Of a stretch of DNA of 48,718 bases, positions 15,519 through 23,016 are shown piece by piece. The notes under the pieces are model-generated. The model saw nothing but the letters and a program-made list of their open reading frames with translations, searched no databases and had not been told where the DNA came from. The DNA comes from Patescibacteria group bacterium (GTDB lineage Bacteria; Patescibacteriota; SICC01). Positions within the stretch are counted from its first letter, which is position 1. The number at the start of each line of letters is the position of its first letter. The DNA lies in the NCBI GenBank assembly GCA_040900285.1, contig JBBDZG010000002.1:1-48718 (forward strand), written 5' to 3'. Position numbers and translations under genes: made by a program.

Positions 15519-16568
15519 ATGCAGGTGGAGGATCTCAGCCGGGCCAGGGGGGCGTGGAACAAATTCGCACGCGAGAACCGCGGCGGCGTACTGCAGAGCT
15601 ACGAGTGGGGCGAGTTCCGGCAGGAGATGGAGTGGGACGTCCGCTACGTCGGCATCCGTGACGGCAAGGCGACGCGGCTCCAGGCGGTCGTGATGCGGAA
15701 GGCCCTGCCCGGCGGCTACGGCTTCTACTACGTGCCGGAGGGTCCGGTCGTCAAAGGCGGCGACTGGAACGACCGGAAGAGCCAGGAGGCGCTCGGGAAA
15801 TTTGTCGCGCATCTGGAGGAACGAGCGCACGAGGACAAGACGGTCTTCGTGAAGGTCGACCCGCACTTCGCGGTCTCCGATTTCCCGATCGACTGGCTGT
15901 CGAAGGTCGGCTTCCGCGACAGCCCCGAGGACGTCCAAGCCGCGGTCGTCAGCGAGGTCGATCTCAAGCCGGAGCCGGAGGACATCTTCACGAACTTCAA
16001 GCAGAAGGGACGGTACAACGTCCGCAAGGCGGTGAAGCACGGCGTGAAGGTTCGCAAGGGCACCGGCCAGAAGGAGCTCGACCAGTTCTACGCGCTGCTC
16101 GAAGGGACCGCCAAGCGCCAGGGCATCACCTATCGCGAGAAGTGGTACTACGAGCTCTTCCGCAAGCACCTGATGCAGGAGCATGACGACGCCGCGTTCT
16201 TCATCGCGTCCCACCGGAGCGAGCCGGTCGCGGCGATCCTGGTGACGTTCTTCGGCGAGGAGGCGGTCTACCTCTACGGCGGCTCGGCGCAAGCGGACCG
16301 GAACCTCTATGCGAGTTACCTGGTCCAGTGGGCCGGCATGGAGGAAGCGAAGAAGCGTGGCTGCACGTTCTACAACCTGACCGGCATCGCGGCGACGGAT
16401 AACCCGGACGATGCCTGGGCCGGGCTCCGCCAGTTCAAGCTGAAGTTCGGCGGCGGCCAGACGAACCTGGTCGGCGCGCGCGATTACGTCTTTCGACCGG
16501 TCGAATATTTCCTGTTCACGAACGCGGACCGCGTGCGGCGGAAGCTGGCGAAGCGGTCAGGGCGGTAG
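15519..16568 (+). CDS. FemAB-family peptidoglycan branch/bridge peptidyltransferase (FemX/MurM-like)
   Basis: 349 aa with family landmarks: LQSYEWGEFRQ, GRYNVRKA, YLYGGS, YLVQWAGMEEAKKRGCTFYNLTGI and KLKFGG. Confidence 0.8.
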   Translation: MQVEDLSRARGAWNKFARENRGGVLQSYEWGEFRQEMEWDVRYVGIRDGKATRLQAVVMRKALPGGYGFYYVPEGPVVKGGDWNDRKSQEALGKFVAHLEERAHEDKTVFVKVDPHFAVSDFPIDWLSKVGFRDSPEDVQAAVVSEVDLKPEPEDIFTNFKQKGRYNVRKAVKHGVKVRKGTGQKELDQFYALLEGTAKRQGITYREKWYYELFRKHLMQEHDDAAFFIASHRSEPVAAILVTFFGEEAVYLYGGSAQADRNLYASYLVQWAGMEEAKKRGCTFYNLTGIAATDNPDDAWAGLRQFKLKFGGGQTNLVGARDYVFRPVEYFLFTNADRVRRKLAKRSGR

Positions 16569-16599
16569 CTGGCGAAGCAGCAGGCCGTAGAATGGCGAC

Positions 16600-17166
16600 A
16601 TGGGGAAACTTCCCGAACTGGTGAGTATCAGGGATTCCGGCCTTCGTGCTTGGAACTATTACTGGCATTTCCGGCACGAGCTCAAGATGAACAAGGACGA
16701 GCTGCGCGAGGTCGGCATCGAAGGCGACGACCTGTTCATCCGGCCGGAACTGGTCGAGCCTCTCAAGGAGGCGGACCGCGCGTTCCGCAAGCACGGCTAC
16801 GAGCTGATCGTGAAGGACGCGTACCGGTCGCCGGAATTGTACGAGTTGGCGTACCGCAAACGACACGCCCGCTGGGGCAAGGCGGCAACCGATCGGCTGT
16901 ACAACATGAAGGACAAGCCGCACACGTCCGGCCTGGTGGTCGACGTGAGCCTGGTCGATTCGAAGACCGATGAACAGGTCCGGATGCGCGACCCGAAGCA
17001 CGACGACGAGGGCGCGCAGACCGCTGGCTTCTACAAGGACAAGGACGACTCGACCAGCCGGGAGTACCAGCGCCTGCAAGACCTCCTGATCGAGACGATG
17101 CTGTCGGTCGGCTTCAAGCTCGGCGTGAAGTGCGAGTTCTGGCACTTCGAATACCCGGTAGAATGA
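16600..17166 (+). CDS. D-alanyl-D-alanine dipeptidase-like zinc peptidase (M15D/VanX family)
   Basis: 188 aa with no signal peptide. The zinc and catalytic motifs HTSGLVVD (HxxGxxxD) and EFWHFE (ExWH) are present. Confidence 0.7.
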   Translation: MGKLPELVSIRDSGLRAWNYYWHFRHELKMNKDELREVGIEGDDLFIRPELVEPLKEADRAFRKHGYELIVKDAYRSPELYELAYRKRHARWGKAATDRLYNMKDKPHTSGLVVDVSLVDSKTDEQVRMRDPKHDDEGAQTAGFYKDKDDSTSREYQRLQDLLIETMLSVGFKLGVKCEFWHFEYPVE

Positions 17167-17170
17167 CTGC

Positions 17171-18502
17171 ATGGAGAAAATCCTCGCCCCGGTCCGGAAA
17201 GCCATCCCCGATCCGATCCTGAACGCGATCCGGGTGCCGTACCACTTCGGGTGGGCTTTGCTCGGCAACTTGATCTACCGCTTCCCAGCCCGGAAGCTGA
17301 AGGTGATCGGCATCACCGGCACCAAGGGCAAGTCGACCACGTCGTACCTGGCGGCCAAGGCGTTGGAAGCAGGGGGGTTCAAGGTGGGGTTGGTCTCGGG
17401 AGTCATGATGAAGGTCGGTGCCGAAGAGACCCGCAACCGGACGAGCCTGACGACCTTAGGCCGGCTGGCCAACCCCCGGCTGCTCCGCCGGATGGTCAAA
17501 GCGGGCTGCACGCACGTGGTGATCGAAGTGACCTCGCAGGCGCTGAACCAGTCCCGCGTCTGGGGCATCCCGTTCGAGACGGCCGTGTTCACGAACCTCA
17601 GCAAGGAGCACATGGAACTGCACGGGAACAGCATGAAGGAATACCGGAACGCCAAAGGCAAGCTGTTCGCCAGGCTGCGCCGGGCGGAGCACAGCACGTC
17701 GATCGTGAACGGGGACGACCAGGAGGCGCCGTACTTCCTCGGGTTCTTCGCGGATACCAAATACGTCTACGGCACGAAGCCGGCCGCCCGGAACGTGCAT
17801 CCGCTGGCCAGGACGGTTGTCGCCGAGGACGTGAAGCCGCGGCCGGACGGCTCGACGTTCACGGCCCGGAACGACGAAGCGCTCAAGGTCAGGACGCACC
17901 TGCCCGGGACGTTCAACGTCTCGAACGTGCTGGCCGCGGTTTCGGTCGGGCTGGCGTACGGCGTGAAGCCGAAGGCGATCGCCGCCGGCATCGACGCGGT
18001 GAAGGTCGTCCCCGGGCGGATGGAGCGGGTCGAGGCCGGCCAGCCGTTCGAGGTGATCGTCGACTTCGCCACTACGCCGGACTCGTACCGTACCGTGCTG
18101 GAATCGCTCCGGGGGATGACGAAGGGGCGGCTGATCACGGTGTTCGGCGCGTACGGCAATCGCGACATGGGCAAGTACCCTCCGATCGGCGAGGTGAACG
18201 CCGAGTACGCGGACCTGATGATCCTCACCGAGGACGACCCGGGTACCGACGACCCGGACGAACTCACCGCGCTACTGGTCAAAGGCATCAAACAGGCGAA
18301 GCGGGGTACGAAGAAATACGAGATCGAGATGGACCGCCGCCAGGCGATCAGCCTGGCGTACCGGCACGCGAAGAAAGGCGACACCGTGGCGCTTCTCGGC
18401 AAAGGTGCCCAACTGGTGATGCGCTACGGCAGCGGCAACAAGCCGTGGGACGAACCGAAAATCGCGGCCAAGGAGTGGGAGAAGCTGACCCGGCGGAAGT
18501 GA
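17171..18502 (+). CDS. murE: Mur ligase family protein, MurE-like, with a short N-terminal domain
   Basis: It has the P-loop GITGTKGKSTT plus VIEVTSQAL, FTNLSKEHMELHG and GAYGNRDMGKYPP. TEDDPGTDDP occupies the position of the DNPR specificity motif. Confidence 0.75.
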   Translation: MEKILAPVRKAIPDPILNAIRVPYHFGWALLGNLIYRFPARKLKVIGITGTKGKSTTSYLAAKALEAGGFKVGLVSGVMMKVGAEETRNRTSLTTLGRLANPRLLRRMVKAGCTHVVIEVTSQALNQSRVWGIPFETAVFTNLSKEHMELHGNSMKEYRNAKGKLFARLRRAEHSTSIVNGDDQEAPYFLGFFADTKYVYGTKPAARNVHPLARTVVAEDVKPRPDGSTFTARNDEALKVRTHLPGTFNVSNVLAAVSVGLAYGVKPKAIAAGIDAVKVVPGRMERVEAGQPFEVIVDFATTPDSYRTVLESLRGMTKGRLITVFGAYGNRDMGKYPPIGEVNAEYADLMILTEDDPGTDDPDELTALLVKGIKQAKRGTKKYEIEMDRRQAISLAYRHAKKGDTVALLGKGAQLVMRYGSGNKPWDEPKIAAKEWEKLTRRK

Positions 18503-18505
18503 CGG

Positions 18506-21500
18506 TCAGGAGCGGACGGGCGGCTGGATGACCAGGGGCAGTTCCGGGGTCACGCCGTTCGCCGGCTGCTGTCCCGCGTGGTACTCCTGCCACGACTTGA
18601 CCGACGGTTCGTGGTGTTCGCGCTCGGCCAGGCACCGGAGCAGCAGTTGGGCGGTCTGCAGGTTGGTCTGCAGGGGTATGTTGTAGTCGACCGCCAGTCG
18701 TCGGATCCGGAACCCGTCCGAGCCGTACTTGCCGCTGGCGGAACGAGGGATGTTGATGATCAAATCGACCTTCCGATCGGTGATCGTACCGCTGATGTTG
18801 GGACGCTTCTGCGACCTGATTTTGTGGACGCAGGTCGAGCGGATCCCGAGCTCCTTCAGGTATTCGTGGGTGCCGGGGGTCGCGAAGAGCTTCCAACCGG
18901 CGTCGGCGATCATCCTGACTTCGTCCCTCAGCTTCTCCCGGCGGAGTTGGTCGATGCTCAGCAGCAGCCGCTTGCCGCGGACCTCCTGCTCGGTGGCGCG
19001 CCACGAGGCCAGGAACGCCTCCTCGAGCGAGTCGCCGAGGCAGGCGACCTCCCCCGTCGACGCCATCTCCACGTGGGCGACCGGGTCGGCGCCGCGGAGC
19101 CGGTGGTATGAGAACTGCGGGCTCTTCACCCCTACATGGTCCAGGTCCAGGGTCTGGTACGGCTCCCGTTCCCACCGGCCGATGAGCACCTTGGTGGCCG
19201 CTTCGATGAAGTTGTGGTTCGTCACCTTCGAGACGAACGGGAAGGACCGGGCCGCCCGGAGGTTGCACTCGATCACCATCAGCTCGTTGTCCCGGGCCAT
19301 GAACTGGATGTTGAACGGCCCGCTGATCCGGAGCGCCCGGACGATTTCCCGGCAGATTCGCTTGGCGCGCCGGATCGTCTCCAGGTACAGCCGCTGCGGC
19401 GGCAGGACGATCGTCGCGTCGCCGGAGTGGACGCCGGCGTTCTCGACGTGCTCGGACATCGCCTCGAGGACGACCCGACCGCCGTCCGCCACGCCGTCGA
19501 TCTCGAGTTCCTTCGCCCCCTTGATGAAATCGGAGATCACGACCGGATGCTCCGGTGAGATCATGGTCGCCTCGGCCAGGTACCTCTGCAGATCCCGGCG
19601 GTTGCTGATCACCTTCATCGCCGCGCCGGAGAGGATGTACGACGGCCGGACCAGGATCGGGTAACCGACCTGCTTGGCGAACGCCCGGGCCCGGAAGAGC
19701 GTGGTAACCTCTTCCCAGCGCGGCTGGTCGACGCCGAGCTCGCCGAGCAGCGCCGAGAACGTGCGCCGGTTCTCGGCGCGGTCGATGTCCGCCGGATCGG
19801 TTCCCAGAATCGGGTGTCCGGCCCGCTGGAGCGGTACGGCCAGGTTGTTCGCGATCTGCCCGCCCACGGATACGTTGACCCCGGCCGGCTCCTCGAACTC
19901 CGCGATGTCCCGGATCCGTTCCTCGGTGAGTTCCTCGAAGTACAGCCGGTCCGACTCGTCGAAGTCCGTGGAGACGGTCTCGGGGTTGGAGTTGATCATG
20001 ACCGGACTCTCGCCGAGCCGGCGCAGGGTCCGGACCGTGTTGACCGCGCACCAGTCGAACTCCACGGACGATCCGATTGCGTAGGGTCCGGAGCCGATCA
20101 CGATCGTCGGACGCCGTTCGGAGGGTGACAGGTCGTGCTCATTGCCGTGGTACGTGGCGTACAGGTAGTTCGTCTCGGCCGCGAACTCGCCGGCCAGGGT
20201 GTCGATTTGCTTGAACCGGGGGACGATACCGAGTTTCCGGCGGCGTTCCCGGACCGCGCCCGCGCCCACGTCGAGTGTCCGTCCGATGCTCCGATCCGAG
20301 AACCCGAGCCGCTTGGCGGCGACCAGCTCGGCTTCGGGGATCGGCCGACCGTCCGGCAGCTGCTCCAGTTGCCGCTGCTGCCGGACGATTCGCTCCAGCT
20401 GGCGGAGGAACCAGGGGTCGATTCCCGTGGATCGGGCGATGCCGGGCGCGCTTCGGCCGCCGTAAAGTTCCTTGAAGATCGCGAACAAGCGCCGGTCGGT
20501 CGGACTGCGGACTTCCCGTCCCTGGTTCGGCAGCGGATACGGGTAGCACTCGATTCCGTCGGTGCCGATGTTCAGCATGCGGACCGCCTTCTGCAGCGCT
20601 TCGGGAAAGGAGCGCCCGATCGCCATCACTTCGCCGACGCTCTTCATCTCGGACCCGATCGTCCGGTCGGCCGACTTGAACTTGGAAGTATCCCAGCGCG
20701 GGATCTTCACCACCAGGTAGTCGAGGGCCGGCTCGAAGAACGCGGACGTCCGGCCGGTGACCGCGTTCCGGAGCTCGTGCAAGCGGTATCCGAGGGCCAG
20801 TTTGGCCGCGACCGAGGCCAGCGGGTAGCCGGTGGCTTTCGAGGCCAGGGCGCTGGAGCGTGAAAGCCGGGGGTTCAGTTCGATCACCCGGTAGTCGCCG
20901 GTCCGCGGGTCGAGTGCGAACTGCACGTTGCATTCGCCGACGATGCCCAGGTGCTCGGCGACGGCGAGCGAGACCCGCCGCAGCCGGTGGTACTCCTCGT
21001 TGTTAAGCGTCTGCGACGGTGCCACGACGATGCTCTCCCCGGTGTGGACGCCCATCGGGTCGAAGTTCTCCATGTTGCAGACCGTCACGGCATTTCCGTC
21101 CGCGTCACGGACCACTTCGTATTCGATTTCCTTCCAGCCGAGCAGATATTCCTCGACCAGGATCTGGCCGGCCCGGCCGAGCGCCTGACGGGCGTGGGCC
21201 TTGAGCGCCGCCGCGTCGGCGACCTTACCCGCTCCAAGCCCGCCGAGGCTGAACGCCGAGCGGACCATCACGGGGTACCCGAGCCGCTTGGCCGCCGCCA
21301 CCGCCTCGGCGACGGTCCGGACGGCCTGGCTGCGCGGCGTCTTCACCCGGATCTTGCCGAGCGCCCGTTTGAAAAGATCGCGGTCCTCCGCGACCCGGAT
21401 GCTTTCGACGGGGGTACCGAGCACCCGGACGTTGTTCCGCTTGAGGAAGCCGAGACGGCTCAGCTCGAGTCCGAGGTTCAGCGCGGTCTGGCCGCCGAAT

Positions 21501-21802
21501 CCGAGCAGCAGCGCGTCCGGCTGTTCCTTGCGGATGACCCGCTTGACCGTGTCGACGTTGAGGGGCTGGAAATAGACGCGGTCCGCGAGCCCGTCGTCGG
21601 TCTGGACCGTGGCGATGTTCGGGTTCACGAGGACCGTCTCAATGCCTTCCGCCTTGAGGACCTTGACCGCCTGGGACCCGGAGTAATCGAACTCCCCGGC
21701 CTGCCCGATCCGGAGTCCGCCGGACCCGAGCACGAGCACTTTCCGGACCGAGAGGCGTTGTCGCACCCGGTCCGGTCCCGCGTGAAAAGCCGGTGCCGTC
21801 AC
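18506..21802 (-). CDS. carB: Carbamoyl-phosphate synthase large subunit
   Basis: 1098 aa with two ATP-grasp halves, the N-terminal motif GQAGEFDYSGSQA and an MGS-like C-terminus. The GTG start overlaps the carA stop (GTGA). Confidence 0.95.
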   Translation of the reverse strand: MTAPAFHAGPDRVRQRLSVRKVLVLGSGGLRIGQAGEFDYSGSQAVKVLKAEGIETVLVNPNIATVQTDDGLADRVYFQPLNVDTVKRVIRKEQPDALLLGFGGQTALNLGLELSRLGFLKRNNVRVLGTPVESIRVAEDRDLFKRALGKIRVKTPRSQAVRTVAEAVAAAKRLGYPVMVRSAFSLGGLGAGKVADAAALKAHARQALGRAGQILVEEYLLGWKEIEYEVVRDADGNAVTVCNMENFDPMGVHTGESIVVAPSQTLNNEEYHRLRRVSLAVAEHLGIVGECNVQFALDPRTGDYRVIELNPRLSRSSALASKATGYPLASVAAKLALGYRLHELRNAVTGRTSAFFEPALDYLVVKIPRWDTSKFKSADRTIGSEMKSVGEVMAIGRSFPEALQKAVRMLNIGTDGIECYPYPLPNQGREVRSPTDRRLFAIFKELYGGRSAPGIARSTGIDPWFLRQLERIVRQQRQLEQLPDGRPIPEAELVAAKRLGFSDRSIGRTLDVGAGAVRERRRKLGIVPRFKQIDTLAGEFAAETNYLYATYHGNEHDLSPSERRPTIVIGSGPYAIGSSVEFDWCAVNTVRTLRRLGESPVMINSNPETVSTDFDESDRLYFEELTEERIRDIAEFEEPAGVNVSVGGQIANNLAVPLQRAGHPILGTDPADIDRAENRRTFSALLGELGVDQPRWEEVTTLFRARAFAKQVGYPILVRPSYILSGAAMKVISNRRDLQRYLAEATMISPEHPVVISDFIKGAKELEIDGVADGGRVVLEAMSEHVENAGVHSGDATIVLPPQRLYLETIRRAKRICREIVRALRISGPFNIQFMARDNELMVIECNLRAARSFPFVSKVTNHNFIEAATKVLIGRWEREPYQTLDLDHVGVKSPQFSYHRLRGADPVAHVEMASTGEVACLGDSLEEAFLASWRATEQEVRGKRLLLSIDQLRREKLRDEVRMIADAGWKLFATPGTHEYLKELGIRSTCVHKIRSQKRPNISGTITDRKVDLIINIPRSASGKYGSDGFRIRRLAVDYNIPLQTNLQTAQLLLRCLAEREHHEPSVKSWQEYHAGQQPANGVTPELPLVIQPPVRS

Positions 21803-22950
21803 AGCGCCTCCGCGAAGTCCCGAAATAGCTCCGCCGTATCGGTCGGTCCGGGCGAAGCTTCAGGGTGGAACTGGACCGCCTGGAACGGCAGCGTGCGGTG
21901 CCGGATACCCTCCACGGACCCGTCGTTGAGGTTCTTGAAACTGACTTCCCAGTTTCTTGGCAGCGTCCGTTCGTCGATCGCGAAACCGTGGTTCTGGCTG
22001 GTCACGTAGCAGCGACCCGTCCGCATGTCGCGCACCGGCTGGTTCTGCCCGCGGTGCCCATACGGCAGCCGGTAGGTCTTGGCCCCGACCGCCAGGGCCA
22101 GGAGTTGGACGCCGAGGCAGATGCCGAGCAGCGGCTTCCGCCGCCTGAGCGCTTTGCGGATGATCGGCAGCGTTTCCGGTACCATCGTCGGGTCGCCGGG
22201 ACCGTTCGAAAGGACCACGCCGTCGTACGGGTCGCCGGTGAAGTCATGGTCATACGGCACGCGCCGGACGCGGATGCCGAGTGAGCGCAACTCCCTGGCG
22301 ATGTTTTCCTTGGCACCGCAGTCGAGTAGCACCACGGTCTTGCCACGCGCGCGGGTACCGCTACTCCCCTCCGGCTCCAGGTCCGCGGGTTCGGCGACCG
22401 AGACGCCGGAGACCAAGTGGGTCCGGTACGGGTCCCAGTAGCGCGGCCGCCCCGCCTCGTGGCCGGCGACCGCGCCGAGCATCGTCCCGTGTTCCCGCAG
22501 CCGCCGGGTGAGCGCCCGGGTGTCGACCCCTTCGATGACCGGCACGTCCTGGCCGCGCAGCCAGTCGACGAGGGAGCGGGCGGCCGCGTGGTGACTGTAG
22601 GGTCCGACCGCTTCGGCGACGACTACCGCCCGCGCGTGCACCCGCTTGGATTCCCACGTCTCGGGACCCGGCACGCCGTAATTCCCGATCAGCGGATACG
22701 TGAACACGAGGATCTGCCCCGCATACGACGGGTCGGTCAGCGACTCGACGTAACCGGTCATGCCGGTCGCGAAGACGACGTCGCCGTACCGTGCGTCACG
22801 GGGTCCCGTGAGGCCCGCCGCCCGGCCCGGATACCGCGAGCTGTCCCGCAATCTGAGTTCCGCCGGTTCAAAAAAACCATCCCCTGCGGGATGGCCATCC
22901 GTTCGGTTGGCGGTGCCGCCCTTGATGCGGCGCTTGGTCGGGGTCGCCAT
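21799..22950 (-). CDS. carA: Carbamoyl-phosphate synthase small (glutaminase) subunit
   Basis: It has a class-I GATase with LGICLGVQLLA (Cys nucleophile) and the QFHPE region. I prefer the ATG at 22950. The ORF can extend to a TTG at 22956. Confidence 0.9.
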   Translation of the reverse strand: MATPTKRRIKGGTANRTDGHPAGDGFFEPAELRLRDSSRYPGRAAGLTGPRDARYGDVVFATGMTGYVESLTDPSYAGQILVFTYPLIGNYGVPGPETWESKRVHARAVVVAEAVGPYSHHAAARSLVDWLRGQDVPVIEGVDTRALTRRLREHGTMLGAVAGHEAGRPRYWDPYRTHLVSGVSVAEPADLEPEGSSGTRARGKTVVLLDCGAKENIARELRSLGIRVRRVPYDHDFTGDPYDGVVLSNGPGDPTMVPETLPIIRKALRRRKPLLGICLGVQLLALAVGAKTYRLPYGHRGQNQPVRDMRTGRCYVTSQNHGFAIDERTLPRNWEVSFKNLNDGSVEGIRHRTLPFQAVQFHPEASPGPTDTAELFRDFAEAL

Positions 22951-22959
22951 GTCCAAACA

Positions 22960-22988
22960 AGATTAGCAGCCGCCGCCCCACCTGACAA
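22960..22988 (-). promoter_or_regulatory. carA promoter (TTGTCA-17-TAATCT), with -10 lying 9 nt before the ATG
   Basis: The minus strand reads TTGTCAggtggggcggcggctgcTAATCTtgtttggacATG. Its -35 is the complement of the polA -35. Confidence 0.55.
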
Positions 22989-23010
22989 TGCCGGCAGCCC
23001 GTACCAGAAT
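22982..23010 (+). promoter_or_regulatory. polA promoter (CTGACA-17-CAGAAT), with -10 lying 6 nt before the ATG
   Basis: The plus strand reads CTGACAatgccggcagcccgtacCAGAATggatacATG. Confidence 0.5.
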
Positions 23011-23016
23011 GGATAC

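Noticed and set aside
22417-23016. 200-codon N-terminal extension of the polA ORF
   Set aside because: It is antisense to the carA coding region and has no polymerase-like sequence. The 5'-nuclease domain begins right after the ATG at 23017, which has its own -10-like element.
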